DNA from: an uncultured Verrucomicrobiota bacterium
GTDB taxonomy: Bacteria > Verrucomicrobiota > Verrucomicrobiia > Chthoniobacterales > JACTMZ01
Assembly (NCBI GenBank): GCA_903953565.1
Contig: CAJBKE010000065.1
Span: 2,244-66,243, forward strand
DNA: 64,000 nucleotides
Direction of reading: 5' to 3'
A program made the translations under genes and the position numbers. The notes under the pieces were generated by a model, which saw nothing but the letters and a program-made list of their open reading frames with translations, had not been told where the DNA came from and ran no database searches. Shown one piece after another: positions 10,750 to 20,875 of the stretch (positions are counted from its first letter, which is position 1; each line of letters opens with the position of its first letter).

Positions 10750-11169
10750 TCAGGAGGCGTGGTGGCGGGTGATGAATTTGGTGCGCACCGGCAATTTGTT
10801 GGCGGCGAGGCGCAGGGACTCGCGGGCCACGCTCTCGGGCACGCCGTCCAATTCGAAAAGGATGTTACCCGGGCGCACCACGGCGACCCAGTATTCCGGG
10901 GCGCCTTTGCCCTTGCCCATTCGGGTTTCCGGCGGGCGGGCGGTGACGGATTTGTCGGGGAAGATACGGATCCAGAGTTTGCCTTTGCGCTTCATGTTGC
11001 GCGTGAGGGCGACGCGGGCCGCCTCGATCTGCACGTTGGTGATCCAGGCGCGGTCGAGGGTCTGCAGACCGAATTCGCCGAAGTCGATGTTGGTGTTGCG
11101 CGAAGCGGTTCCCTTGCGGCTTCCCCGCTGGGATTTCCGGAACTTCACACGTTTGGGCATCAAGGGCAT
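10750..11169 (-). CDS. rplP: 50S ribosomal protein L16
   Basis: [23 protein letters not shown]. Confidence 0.98.
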   Translation of the reverse strand: MPLMPKRVKFRKSQRGSRKGTASRNTNIDFGEFGLQTLDRAWITNVQIEAARVALTRNMKRKGKLWIRIFPDKSVTARPPETRMGKGKGAPEYWVAVVRPGNILFELDGVPESVARESLRLAANKLPVRTKFITRHHAS

Positions 11170-11189
11170 GGCACGTTCTCCTCGTTAAA

Positions 11190-11903
11190 TCATTCGGCGA
11201 CTGCTGTGGCGGCCACGGCGGGCGACGGCACAACTTCGGTGGCGGGTTTGTCTTCGCGCACCGAGACTTTCGGAGCGGCTTCCTCGCCTTTGCAAATCCA
11301 GCATTTGATCCCGATCTTGCCGGCCGTGGTGTTGGCCTCGGCGAAGCCGTAATCAATCGGCGCGCGCATGGTGTGGAGCGGCACTTTGCCTTCGCGATAC
11401 TGTTCGGTGCGGGCGATTTCCGATCCGCCGAGGCGGCCGGAACAACGGACTTTGATGCCGAGCGCGCCCTGTTCCATGGCGATCTGCACGGATTTCTTCA
11501 TGGCGCGGCGGAAACCGATGCGGCGCTCGAGCTGTCCGGCTATGCTCTCGGCGACGAGTTGCGCGTCGGTCTCGGGCGAGCGGATTTCCTGGATATCGAT
11601 TTTGACCTGCTTGTCGCCGCTGATCGCGGAGACTTCTCTGGTCATGTTTTCGATTTCCGAGCCTTTGCGGCCGATGACGAGCCCCGGGCGGGCGGTGAAA
11701 ATGGTGACGCGCAGGCTGTTCCAAGCGCGCTCGATAACGATCTTCGAGACGGCCGCCTGGCGGAGTTTGCCTTTGAGGTATTCGCGGATTTTGAGGTCGG
11801 CGTGCAGGTGGTCGGCGAACTCGCGGCGCGGGGCATACCACTTCGATCCCCAGTCGCGGGAGATGGGGAGGCGGAAGCCGATCGGGTGAACTTTTTGTCC
11901 CAT
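11190..11903 (-). CDS. rpsC: 30S ribosomal protein S3
   Basis: [41 protein letters not shown]. Confidence 0.98.
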   Translation of the reverse strand: MGQKVHPIGFRLPISRDWGSKWYAPRREFADHLHADLKIREYLKGKLRQAAVSKIVIERAWNSLRVTIFTARPGLVIGRKGSEIENMTREVSAISGDKQVKIDIQEIRSPETDAQLVAESIAGQLERRIGFRRAMKKSVQIAMEQGALGIKVRCSGRLGGSEIARTEQYREGKVPLHTMRAPIDYGFAEANTTAGKIGIKCWICKGEEAAPKVSVREDKPATEVVPSPAVAATAVAE

Positions 11904-11907
11904 GGTG

Positions 11908-12387
11908 TTATTCGGCTTTCTCCGCGGCCGGCGCGGCGGCCTCGGCGGCCGGTTTGGTCTCTTCTTTTTTCACCGCGGTTTTCTTTTTGGCGGCGGGTTT
12001 TTTGGAAGCGGTCTTTTTCTTGGCGGCCCTGCGGGTCTCGCGCGTTTCGATTTCGATTTCGTCGGTCAGGATGATGCGGATGTGGCTGGTGCGCTTGCGG
12101 ATCGGGCCGGCGCTGCCACGGGCTTTCGGGATGAAACGTTGGAAGGTCGGTCCCTCGCCCACCACGGCTTCGCGCACGACGAGGGCTTCGGCGCGGGCTT
12201 GGTGGTTGTTTTCGGCATTGGCCACGGCGCTTTTCAGCGTCTTGGCCACGAGACCGGCGGCCTTCTTCGGGGTGAAGGCCAGCAGATCGAGGGCCTGCTG
12301 CACGGGCAGTCCCTGGATCTCGCGCGTCACCTCGCGCGCCTTGAACGGCGAGATGCGGGCGAATCTGTAGATCGACCTGGTTTCCAT
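11908..12387 (-). CDS. rplV: 50S ribosomal protein L22 with Lys/Ala-rich C-terminal tail
   Basis: [33 protein letters not shown]. Confidence 0.97.
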   Translation of the reverse strand: METRSIYRFARISPFKAREVTREIQGLPVQQALDLLAFTPKKAAGLVAKTLKSAVANAENNHQARAEALVVREAVVGEGPTFQRFIPKARGSAGPIRKRTSHIRIILTDEIEIETRETRRAAKKKTASKKPAAKKKTAVKKEETKPAAEAAAPAAEKAE

Positions 12388-12418
12388 TTTATTAAAATTT
12401 TCTTTGTGTTTGTTGTTC

Positions 12419-13300
12419 CTAGCGGCGGGCGTCCACCCGGAGGCGGTCGCCCGTTTTTATCGAGTCCTCTTCGGACACGAGATTCTGGATGACGGCGCCG
12501 CTAATGCGGTCGCGCACGTCGATGACGCGGACTTCCCCCACGCGGCGGTTATCGCGCCACACTTGGAAAGGCATCCCGACTTTCACGCCCGCGTTGCGGC
12601 CGATGTTGGCCACGACGAGTGCGAACTCCGATTTGACTTCCACCACGGAGGCGTCGGTCAGCGTCGGTCCCGCCGCTTGCGCGTCGAGCGTGTCGGCCCC
12701 GCCGACTCCCAGCATGCGGTCGGCGGCGCGGAGTTCCATCTCGAGCGTCGCGCGGGCTTCGGCCTGCGCGGTGCGGGAGCGGGTCATGGCATCGAGCAGC
12801 GTCTTCGCCTCGGCTTGCGTCGCGGAGTCGGAAGTATTGGCGGCTTTCGTTTGCATTTCTTTTTCGAAAGCCTCGCGCTCTTCATTGTCCGCGGTTTCCA
12901 CGGTCTTGAGGAAAATTTGCACTCCCTCGGCGAGGGCGAGCAGTCGCTCGAGCAGCATGGCGTTTTCTTTCTGCTGGCGCGTGAGTTCGTTGACGGTGGA
13001 AAGGAGGCGTTCCTCGATTTCTCCGCCGCCATCGGCCCCCGGCGCGAGAGCGTCGAATTTGGCCTGCAAATCCTCGGCTTGTCGTTTGAAGGCCTCGTTC
13101 TCGCCGTTGGCGAGAGCAAGACTTTCGGTCAGGCTGCGGATGGACTCGCGCGCGAGCAAAAGTTGCTCGTTGAGGCGCGCCACTTTCGCGGCGTCCCCAG
13201 AATCCCGGTCTGTCAAAGAACTGCGGCTTTGTGCGGAGGCACTTCCCGCCAGGGTGATCAGAAGACACCCGGCCAGGAAAAACCTGCCGCTTGCGGCCAC
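12419..13300 (-). CDS. Hypothetical exported coiled-coil protein inside the S10 operon
   Basis: Signal peptide ending ASA-Q, long heptad-like helical region, ~70-aa C-terminal beta domain; fills the gap between rpsS and rplV. Confidence 0.8.
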   Translation of the reverse strand: MAASGRFFLAGCLLITLAGSASAQSRSSLTDRDSGDAAKVARLNEQLLLARESIRSLTESLALANGENEAFKRQAEDLQAKFDALAPGADGGGEIEERLLSTVNELTRQQKENAMLLERLLALAEGVQIFLKTVETADNEEREAFEKEMQTKAANTSDSATQAEAKTLLDAMTRSRTAQAEARATLEMELRAADRMLGVGGADTLDAQAAGPTLTDASVVEVKSEFALVVANIGRNAGVKVGMPFQVWRDNRRVGEVRVIDVRDRISGAVIQNLVSEEDSIKTGDRLRVDARR

Positions 13301-13302
13301 GT

Positions 13303-13581
13303 TTATTTCGTCACTTTCGCCGTATGCGATCCGTGTTTCTTGAAGATACGCGTGGGCGAGAATTCGCCGAGCTTGTGCCCGACCATGTTCTCAGTGACGA
13401 AAACTGAATTGAAAATTTTCCCGTTGTGCACGAGGAAGGTGTGCCCGACGAAGTCGGGTGTGATCATCGAACGTCGCGACCATGTTTTGATGGGTTTCTT
13501 CGCGCCGCCTTCGTTGATGCGGTCGATTTTTTCGAGCAGGTGGGCCTCGACGAACGGACCCTTTTTGAGCGATCTGGACAT
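13303..13581 (-). CDS. rpsS: 30S ribosomal protein S19
   Basis: [31 protein letters not shown]. Confidence 0.98.
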   Translation of the reverse strand: MSRSLKKGPFVEAHLLEKIDRINEGGAKKPIKTWSRRSMITPDFVGHTFLVHNGKIFNSVFVTENMVGHKLGEFSPTRIFKKHGSHTAKVTK

Positions 13582-13584
13582 GGC

Positions 13585-14433
13585 TTAGTTCTTCTTCTTG
13601 CTCTTGCGGCGCTCGACGATGAAGCGGTCCGACGGTTTGTGTTTTTTGCGGGTTTTGAAACCTTTGCTCAGCTGGCCCCACGGGCTGACCGGGTGCTGGC
13701 GTCCGCCGCCGCCCTTCGATTTGCCGTTGCCGCCACCGTTCGGGTGGTCGATCGGGTTCATGACCATGCCGCGGACGGTGGGACGCACGCCGAGCCAGCG
13801 GGAACGTCCGGCTTTGCCGCTCGAGACATTCATGTGCTCGGAATTGCCGACTTGACCCATGGTGGCGTGGCATTTGCCGTTGAGTTTGCGGATTTCGCCC
13901 GAGGGCATTTTGACCAGCGCGTAGCCGGCCTCGAAGTTATTGAGCACGGCCTGCTGGCCGGCGCTGCGCGCCACTTGTCCGCCACGGCCGGGGATGAGTT
14001 CGATATTGTGGATGGCCGATCCGGGCGGGATGCGCTCGAGGGGCAGCGAATTGCCCACTTCGGGGGCGGCCGCGGGGCCGGAGGAAACTTTCATCCCGAC
14101 CTTCAAACCGTCGGGAGCGAGGATGTAAGTTTTCTCGCCGTCGGCGTATTGCAGCAAGGCGATGCGCGCGGTGCGGTTCGGGTCGTATTCGATGGCGATG
14201 ACCTCGGCGGCGATCCCGTGCTTGCGGCGTTTGAAGTCGATGAGGCGCAGCTTGCGCTTGTGTCCGCCGCCGATGTGACGGCAGGTCAGGCGGCCCTGGT
14301 TGTTGCGGCCGCCGGTGCGCTTGCGTGTGCTGACGAGGCTCTTCTCCGGCTTCTTCTTGGTGATCTCCTCGAAAGACGGGAGGGCCTTGAAGCGCGCGGA
14401 CGGCGTGAGCGGACGGAAAGTTTTGAGTGCCAT
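13585..14433 (-). CDS. rplB: 50S ribosomal protein L2
   Basis: [35 protein letters not shown]. Confidence 0.98.
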   Translation of the reverse strand: MALKTFRPLTPSARFKALPSFEEITKKKPEKSLVSTRKRTGGRNNQGRLTCRHIGGGHKRKLRLIDFKRRKHGIAAEVIAIEYDPNRTARIALLQYADGEKTYILAPDGLKVGMKVSSGPAAAPEVGNSLPLERIPPGSAIHNIELIPGRGGQVARSAGQQAVLNNFEAGYALVKMPSGEIRKLNGKCHATMGQVGNSEHMNVSSGKAGRSRWLGVRPTVRGMVMNPIDHPNGGGNGKSKGGGGRQHPVSPWGQLSKGFKTRKKHKPSDRFIVERRKSKKKN

Positions 14434-14447
14434 GGCGTGTGGTGCGG

Positions 14448-14732
14448 TTAGACGAGGTCGAGTTTTTCGCCCTCTTTGAGCGTGACGATGGCTTTCTTCC
14501 AGTGCGGACGGCGTCCGAAATCGGCGCGGCGTTCGCGCTTTTTCTTGCCGGCGTAGTTGGCCGTGTTGACCGAAACCACTTTCTTCTGGAAGAGGCTTTC
14601 CACCGCCGCCTTGATCTCGAGTTTGTTGGCCGCGGGATTGACCTCGAAGACGTATTTGTTCCCCTTGTCCGTGAGGATGGTGGACTTCTCGGTCAGGCGG
14701 ATGGTGCGGATGATGTCGAAGGGCTCTTTCAT
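14448..14732 (-). CDS. rplW: 50S ribosomal protein L23
   Basis: [23 protein letters not shown]. Confidence 0.97.
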   Translation of the reverse strand: MKEPFDIIRTIRLTEKSTILTDKGNKYVFEVNPAANKLEIKAAVESLFQKKVVSVNTANYAGKKKRERRADFGRRPHWKKAIVTLKEGEKLDLV

Positions 14733-15343
14733 GCTGCCGTCCTTTCCGAAATTTTGGCGAGGGCGTCGCCGGTCAGGAGAATTTTGTCATAGCGGAGCAG
14801 ATGCTCCGGATTCACGTCGGACGCGCTGATGAGAAGGACGTTGCCGACATTGCGCGCGGCGCGGAAGGTGGTTTCCTCGAAGGCGGGCGAAACGAGGAGG
14901 ACATTGCGCGCGTCCTTCGCATTGCTTTTCACGTAGGAAAGGAACTTCGCCGTCTTACCGTCCGGGATGGCCGGGGCTTCGACGAGGAGGACATCGCCGG
15001 CGAGAATGCGCGCGCTGAGCGCTTTGCGCAGGGCGAGTTTGCGCACCGACTTGGGTGTTTTCTTCGAGTAGTCGCGGGGCTTGGGTCCGAAGACCACGCC
15101 GCCGCCACGCCAGATCGGCGAGGATTTGTAACCGGCGCGGGCGCGGCCCGTGCCTTTCTGGCGCCAGGGTTTGGCCCCTGAGAGATTGACTTCCGCTTTG
15201 GTCTTGGTGTTGGCCGAGCCGGTGCGGCGGTTGGCGCGCAGGGCGGTGACCACATCGTGGACGGCCTGCGTGCCCTTGCCATTTTCGATGATGGCGATGT
15301 TGGCCTTCTTGGCCTCGGCGGCGGTGAGAACTTTGGCGCTCAT
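14729..15343 (-). CDS. rplD: 50S ribosomal protein L4
   Basis: [27 protein letters not shown]. Confidence 0.98.
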   Translation of the reverse strand: MSAKVLTAAEAKKANIAIIENGKGTQAVHDVVTALRANRRTGSANTKTKAEVNLSGAKPWRQKGTGRARAGYKSSPIWRGGGVVFGPKPRDYSKKTPKSVRKLALRKALSARILAGDVLLVEAPAIPDGKTAKFLSYVKSNAKDARNVLLVSPAFEETTFRAARNVGNVLLISASDVNPEHLLRYDKILLTGDALAKISERTAA

Positions 15344-15346
15344 GGA

Positions 15347-15982
15347 TTACTTCTTCTTGGCAGATTTCTTTTTCGACGGGCGGACGACCACGTAGGTGCC
15401 CTTCGCGCCGGGGATGGCTCCGCTGACCAGGATGACGCCGTCTTCTTCGCGGACTTGGACCACTTGGAGATTCTGCACGGTGACGCGCTCGTCGCCCATG
15501 TGGCCGGGCATGCCCATGTTTTTCCAGACGCGGCCGGGCGTGGAGCGGTTGCCGATGGCGCCGGTGCGGCGGTGCATCATGGAACCGTGGCTGGCCGGCT
15601 GGCCTTGGTAATTGTGCTTCTTCATCGCGCCCTGGAAGCCTTTGCCTTTGGACTGTCCGATGACGTCGACGAATTGGCCGACTTCGAAAGTGGTGACCGA
15701 CAGGTCGGCGCCCGCTTCGGCCGCACCGTTGCGGAATTCGCGAATGAAACGTTTCGGCGTGGCCGAGGTTTTGGCGAAGTGTCCGGTCTGTGCTTTGGAA
15801 ACACGCGAGGGTTTCTGGTCGTCGAAGCCGACCTGCACCGCGGCATAGCCGTCGGTGTCGGCGGTCTTGACCTGCAGGACCTTGTTGCCCGCGGCGGCGA
15901 TGACCGTGACCGGCGTGGACACGCCCTTGTCGTCATAGACGCGGGTCATGCCGAGTTTTTTACCGAGTAATCCGAGGCTCAT
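15347..15982 (-). CDS. rplC: 50S ribosomal protein L3
   Basis: GKKLGMTRV, SKGKGFQG, PGRVWK..GMPGHMG. Confidence 0.98.
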   Translation of the reverse strand: MSLGLLGKKLGMTRVYDDKGVSTPVTVIAAAGNKVLQVKTADTDGYAAVQVGFDDQKPSRVSKAQTGHFAKTSATPKRFIREFRNGAAEAGADLSVTTFEVGQFVDVIGQSKGKGFQGAMKKHNYQGQPASHGSMMHRRTGAIGNRSTPGRVWKNMGMPGHMGDERVTVQNLQVVQVREEDGVILVSGAIPGAKGTYVVVRPSKKKSAKKK

Positions 15983-15990
15983 GGCGTGAA

Positions 15991-16299
15991 CTAAATTTGA
16001 ATGTTGATGTCCACCCCGGCCGGAAGGTTGAGGCGGCGGAGTTCATCCACCGTTTTGGCCGTGGGATCGATGATATCGAGGAGGCGCTTGTGCGTGCGGC
16101 GCTCGAATTGGTCCATGGACTTTTTGTCCACGTGGGGGGAGCGGTTGACCGTCCAGCGCTCGATTTTGGTCGGGAGCGGCACGGGGCCGGCGACGGCGGA
16201 ACCGCTGCGTTTGGCCGTCTCGACGATTTCGAGGACGGAGCGGTCGAGCAGCATGTGATCGAATGCTTTGAGACGGATGCGTATGCGCGGTGCGGCCAT
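15991..16299 (-). CDS. rpsJ: 30S ribosomal protein S10
   Basis: [34 protein letters not shown]; start at the ATG at 16299. Confidence 0.97.
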   Translation of the reverse strand: MAAPRIRIRLKAFDHMLLDRSVLEIVETAKRSGSAVAGPVPLPTKIERWTVNRSPHVDKKSMDQFERRTHKRLLDIIDPTAKTVDELRRLNLPAGVDINIQI

Positions 16300-16304
16300 G
16301 GTCG

Positions 16305-18473
16305 TTATTTCTTTTGGCTGTCGAGAACGGCGGCAAGCACCTGCGAGGGCACTTGTTCGAAGTGGGACGGCTCCATCGAGTAGGAGGAGCGGCCTTTGGA
16401 AAGCGAGCGGATGGCGGTGGCGTAGCCGAACATTTCGGCCAGCGGCACATCGGCGGCAACGGTGCAAAGGTTGCCTTTGGTCTCGATGCCCTGAATTTTG
16501 GCGCGGCGGCGGTTGAGGTCGCCCATGATGTCGCCTTGGAATTCGTCGGGCGTGATATTTTCCACCTTCATGATGGGCTCGAGAAGGATGGCTTTGGCTT
16601 TCTTCAGCGCGTCCTTGAGCGAGAAAATCGCGGCGAGCTTGAACGCCATTTCGTTGGAATCCACGTCGTGGAACGAGCCGTCGACGATGTCGACGTTGAT
16701 ATCGATGACCGGGTAGCCGCCGATGATGCCGTTGAGCACGCCTTCCTCGATGCCCTTGATGCAGGCCGGGATGTATTCCTTCGGGATACTTCCGCCCACG
16801 ATCTTGTTCTCGACGGTGAGACCCTTGCCGCGCTCGTTGGGCTGGACCTTGATGATGACGTGGCCGTATTGACCGCGGCCGCCGGACTGCTTGATGAGTT
16901 TTCCTTCGCCGTCGGCCGGGGCGAGGATCGTTTCCTTGTAGGCGATCTGCGGTTTGCCGGCGTTCGCCTCGACCTTGAACTCGCGCATCATGCGATCGCG
17001 GATAATTTCGAGGTGCAACTCGCCCATGCCCGCGATGATCGTCTGGCCGGTTTCCTCGTGGGTGAAGACGCGGAAAGTCGGGTCTTCCTCGGCGAGGCGC
17101 TGCAGTGCGATACCCATCTTTTCCTGGTCGACTTTGGTCTTCGGCTCGATGGCCATGGAAATGACCGGCTCGGGGAAGGACGGCGGCTCGAGAAGGATCG
17201 GATGGTCTTCGTCGCAGAGCGTGTCGCCCGTGGTGATGTTCTTGATGCCGACGATGGCCGCGATGTCACCCGAATAGCACGTGTCGATGTCCTCGCGCTT
17301 GTCGGCCTGGATCTGGATGAGGCGGCTGATGCGCTCGCGTTTGCGGGTGCGCGGATTGTAGACGTTGTCGCCTTTGGAAAGTTTGCCCGAGTAGACGCGG
17401 AAGAAAACGAGTTTGCCGACGAACGGATCGCTCCAGAGCTTGAAAGCGAGCGAAGAGAAATTGCCGCTGTCATTGGCCGAGACTTCGATCGGCGTGGCGT
17501 CATCGGGGTCCTGACCGCGGACCGCCGGGATGTCCAGCGGGCTCGGGAGGTAATCGACGACGGCGTCGACGAGATACTGCACGCCCTTGTTTTTGAAAGC
17601 GGAACCGCCGGCGACGGGGACGAATTTGTTGGCGATGGTCTGGCGGCGGATGGCGGACTTGAGGTCCTGCTTGGAGATCGGTTTTTCCTCGAGGAACATC
17701 ATGCCGATTTCCTCGTCGAGATCGGTCATCTGGGTGACGAGGTCATCGTAAGCTTTGCGGGCGAGTTCCTTGTGATCCTCGGGAATTTCCGCCACCTCGT
17801 AGGTCGAGCCCATCACGTCATTGTCCGAATAAAGGACGGCCTTCTGGTTGATGACGTCGATTTGTCCGCGCAGGTTGTCCTCTTTGCCGAGCGGAATAAG
17901 GATCGGCCAGACATTGGCGCCGAGCTTGGTGCGCATGCTATCGACTGCGGCGTCGAAGTCCGCGCCGGTGCGGTCCATCTTGTTGACGAAAGCGATGCGC
18001 GGGACGTTGTATTTGGTCGCCTGGCGCCAGACGGTTTCGGACTGCGGTTGCACGCCGGCCACGCCGCAGAATACGGCGATGGCGCCGTCGAGCACACGGA
18101 GCGAACGCTCCACCTCGGCCGTGAAGTCCACGTGGCCCGGGGTGTCGATGATGTTGACGCGCTGGTTGATGTTCTCGAACAGCTTGAAGATGTCTTTCTC
18201 CGGCTTCTGCAACCAGGCACAGGTGGTGGCGGCGGAGGTGATGGTGATGCCGCGCTCGCGCTCCTGCTCCATCCAGTCGGTAACCGTCGTGCCCTCGTGC
18301 ACCTCGCCGATTTTGTGAATCATGCCGGTGTAAAAAAGGATACGCTCGGTCAGCGTGGTCTTGCCCGCGTCGATATGCGCGCAGATGCCGATATTGCGCG
18401 TGCGCTCGAGCGGGAACGCTCGGTCGGGCGAATTCGGGTTCGCGGTGGCGGGTGCGGTGGCAGTGGCGGACAT
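16305..18473 (-). CDS. fusA: Elongation factor G
   Basis: [45 protein letters not shown]. Confidence 0.99.
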   Translation of the reverse strand: MSATATAPATANPNSPDRAFPLERTRNIGICAHIDAGKTTLTERILFYTGMIHKIGEVHEGTTVTDWMEQERERGITITSAATTCAWLQKPEKDIFKLFENINQRVNIIDTPGHVDFTAEVERSLRVLDGAIAVFCGVAGVQPQSETVWRQATKYNVPRIAFVNKMDRTGADFDAAVDSMRTKLGANVWPILIPLGKEDNLRGQIDVINQKAVLYSDNDVMGSTYEVAEIPEDHKELARKAYDDLVTQMTDLDEEIGMMFLEEKPISKQDLKSAIRRQTIANKFVPVAGGSAFKNKGVQYLVDAVVDYLPSPLDIPAVRGQDPDDATPIEVSANDSGNFSSLAFKLWSDPFVGKLVFFRVYSGKLSKGDNVYNPRTRKRERISRLIQIQADKREDIDTCYSGDIAAIVGIKNITTGDTLCDEDHPILLEPPSFPEPVISMAIEPKTKVDQEKMGIALQRLAEEDPTFRVFTHEETGQTIIAGMGELHLEIIRDRMMREFKVEANAGKPQIAYKETILAPADGEGKLIKQSGGRGQYGHVIIKVQPNERGKGLTVENKIVGGSIPKEYIPACIKGIEEGVLNGIIGGYPVIDINVDIVDGSFHDVDSNEMAFKLAAIFSLKDALKKAKAILLEPIMKVENITPDEFQGDIMGDLNRRRAKIQGIETKGNLCTVAADVPLAEMFGYATAIRSLSKGRSSYSMEPSHFEQVPSQVLAAVLDSQKK

Positions 18474-18496
18474 GAGAAAGAGCGAGTTACAGCAGT

Positions 18497-18970
18497 TTAC
18501 CAGCGGAAGTGGGCGAAGGCCCGGTTGGCTTGGGCCATCTTGTGCATTTCGTCGCGTTTTTTGATGGCGTTGCCTTGGCCGGCGGCGGCGTCTTTGAGTT
18601 CGATGGCCAGCGCTTCCTTCATCGGGACGGCCTTACGTTTGGCGGCGAAGGTGACGAGCCAGCGCATGGCCAGCGCGTATTGGCGCTCGGCCGGAACTTC
18701 CATCGGAACCTGATAGGTGGCGCCGCCGACACGACGTGACTTCACCTCGAGACGCGGGCGCACATTGTCGAGAGCCTTGGTCAGCACATCGAGCGGGTCA
18801 ACCGATTCGCTGCCTTCGCGCGATTTCTCGATCGCGGTGTAGACGATGCCTTCGGCGATGGATTTTTTGCCCGCGCGCATCACGGTGTTGATCAGGCGCG
18901 TGACCATCGGGCTGCCGTAGCGGCTGTCACCGAGGGTCGTGCGTTTTGTTGCTCTGCGTCTGCGTGCCAT
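18497..18970 (-). CDS. rpsG: 30S ribosomal protein S7
   Basis: [33 protein letters not shown]. Confidence 0.98.
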   Translation of the reverse strand: MARRRRATKRTTLGDSRYGSPMVTRLINTVMRAGKKSIAEGIVYTAIEKSREGSESVDPLDVLTKALDNVRPRLEVKSRRVGGATYQVPMEVPAERQYALAMRWLVTFAAKRKAVPMKEALAIELKDAAAGQGNAIKKRDEMHKMAQANRAFAHFRW

Positions 18971-18988
18971 GGTTGGAAAAGATCGGGT

Positions 18989-19390
18989 TTACTTCTTCTT
19001 GGCGGTGGCTTCAGCGCCGGCCTTCGGACGCTTGGCCCCGTATTTGGAGCGCCCGCGACGACGTCCGTCCACGCCGAGCGTGTCGAGCGAGCCGCGCACG
19101 ATATGGTAGCGCACGCCGGGCAAATCCTTCACGCGGCCGCCGCGCACGAGCACGATCGAGTGCTCCTGCAGGTTGTGGCCCTCGCCCGGAATGTAGGCGA
19201 TGACTTCTTGGCCGTTGGTCAGGCGGACCTTGGCCACTTTGCGAAGGGCGGAGTTGGGTTTCTTCGGCGTGCGGGTCATGACCTGCACGCACACGCCGCG
19301 GCGCTGCGCGCAATTGACGAGCGCGGGTCACTAGGATTTCATAGTCACTTTGCTGCGTCCTTTGCGGACAAGGTGCTAAGTCGTAGGCAT
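18989..19390 (-). pseudogene. rpsL: 30S ribosomal protein S12, reading frame interrupted by three in-frame stops near the 5' end (pseudogene or sequence error)
   Basis: From the ATG at 19390: [48 protein letters not shown]...[10 protein letters not shown]; stops at 19376-19378, 19331-19333 and 19328-19330. Confidence 0.85.
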
Positions 19391-19425
19391 TGCTAGGTGA
19401 AAGTTTCGCGCCGCTTTCAGGCGAC

Positions 19426-19449
19426 AAAAAAACCACGCGAACGTGGTTT
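19426..19449 (-). terminator. Terminator-like hairpin in the rpsL leader
   Basis: Minus strand AAACCACG-TTCG-CGTGGTTT followed by TTTT, about 35 nt upstream of the rpsL ATG. Confidence 0.5.
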
Positions 19450-19483
19450 CTTCGCGAACCCCCGACAGTGTGCGGGACGGAAG

Positions 19484-19511
19484 AGACTAGCGGAACGAAT
19501 CACTGCGGCAA
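19484..19511 (-). promoter_or_regulatory. Candidate sigma70 promoter of the str operon
   Basis: TTGCCG-16 nt-TAGTCT on the minus strand, with an A/T-rich tract upstream. Confidence 0.45.
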
Positions 19512-19651
19512 GAGATTTTCTGAAATTTTTTTCAGAAGCGCGCTTCTGGGAACGGCTGATCAGGATTTCCACGCCCGAAACTTTCGCAAAATGAGACGGT
19601 GACGGCCTGTTCGCCCGTGTGCGGATCCACGTCGCCGAGCCTTCCTTCATT

Positions 19652-19675
19652 CGTCGCCGGGGACGGCGACGCTAC
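19652..19675 (-). repeat. GTAG-type REP hairpin overlapping the aminotransferase stop codon
   Basis: Minus strand GTAG-CGTCGCCG-TCCC-CGGCGACG. Confidence 0.6.
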
Positions 19676-20862
19676 GTTAGCGCCTTGGCCAAAGCTCCTG
19701 CGACTTCGCGGATTTGGTCCGCAGTCAGCTCTGGGTAGATAGGCAGGGCCAGAGATTCGCGGGCCGCTTTTTCGGACTCGGGGAAATCGCCGGCCGAATG
19801 ACCGAGCGAAGCGAAACATTCCTGCAGGTGGAGCGGGATCGGATAATAAACGGCGCAGCCGATGCCGGCGGCGGTGAGCTTCTCGCGCACTTTGTCGCGG
19901 TCGGGCACGCGGACCACGTATTGGTGGTAGATGTGGTGGTTTTTCACGCCGGAGGCGGCGTAGGGCTCGACGGGCAAGGTGATGCGGTCGAGCAGCCCGA
20001 GCTTGGTGAATTCCTCACGGTAGAGCGCGGCATTGCGACGGCGCGCGGCATGCCAGGCGTCGAGATGGGGCAACTTGGCGGAAAGAACAACAGCCTGCAG
20101 CGCGTCGATGCGGAAATTGCCGCCGACTTTTTCGTGATGGTATTGCGCGCCCATTCCGTGGTTGCGCATGAGTTTGATTTGCGCGGCGAGGTCGGCCTCG
20201 CGGCACGTGGCCATGCCCGCGTCGCCGAAGGCGCCGAGATTTTTCGAGGGGAAGAAACTGAAATAGCTCGCCTCCCCGATCGCACCGGCGCGCAGTCTTT
20301 TGCCGCTGCTTGAAGGATAATCCGCACCGATGGCCTGCGCGGCATCTTCGATAACGGGCAAGTCGAACTCCGAGGCCAACGCTCCGATGCGGTCCATGTC
20401 GCAGACGCAGCCGAACAAATGCACGGGCATGATGGCGCGCACGCGATTGCCCGCCGCGGTGAGGAGACGTCCGTCCGGACCGGCGTGACATTTTTTCCGC
20501 AGGTATTCCCCGAGCTTCACCGGATCCATATTGTAGGTCGCGGCGTCGATATCGACGAAGACGGGTTCCGCGCCGACGCGCTGAATGCAACCCGCGGTGG
20601 CGAAAAAGGTGTAGGGCGTGGTGATGACCGCATCGCCGCGGCCGATACCCATGGCCATGAGGATGGCAAGCAGGGCATCGGTGCCGGAGGAAGCACCGAT
20701 GGCGTGTCCGCACCCGGTGTAATCGCGGACCGCCGTCTCGAGCTCCTCGACCGGCGGGCCGAGGATGAAGTGCTGACTCTCGCACAGCGCGTTCATGCGG
20801 CGCTGCACGTCGTCTTTCACCTGCGCATATTGCAGGCGCAAATCCAGCAGAGGAACCGCCAC
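19672..20862 (-). CDS. DegT/DnrJ/EryC1/StrS family sugar aminotransferase
   Basis: SSGTDAL, IEDAAQAIG, SFFPSKNLGAFGDAG, LALPIYPEL. Confidence 0.95.
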   Translation of the reverse strand: MAVPLLDLRLQYAQVKDDVQRRMNALCESQHFILGPPVEELETAVRDYTGCGHAIGASSGTDALLAILMAMGIGRGDAVITTPYTFFATAGCIQRVGAEPVFVDIDAATYNMDPVKLGEYLRKKCHAGPDGRLLTAAGNRVRAIMPVHLFGCVCDMDRIGALASEFDLPVIEDAAQAIGADYPSSSGKRLRAGAIGEASYFSFFPSKNLGAFGDAGMATCREADLAAQIKLMRNHGMGAQYHHEKVGGNFRIDALQAVVLSAKLPHLDAWHAARRRNAALYREEFTKLGLLDRITLPVEPYAASGVKNHHIYHQYVVRVPDRDKVREKLTAAGIGCAVYYPIPLHLQECFASLGHSAGDFPESEKAARESLALPIYPELTADQIREVAGALAKALT

Positions 20863-20875
20863 GAAGAAAAAAGGA

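Noticed and set aside
4963-18713. Long plus-strand ORFs (e.g. 4963..6771, 9526..11352, 16290..18713)
   Set aside because: They are antisense shadows of high-GC coding genes with no recognisable motifs
19328-19378. Stop-codon reassignment or Sec/Pyl recoding to explain the rpsL stops
   Set aside because: TAG and TGA end many well-defined genes here (rpsM and infA with TAG, glyQS with TGA); the stops align to different residues (N, K, S) and come with other substitutions
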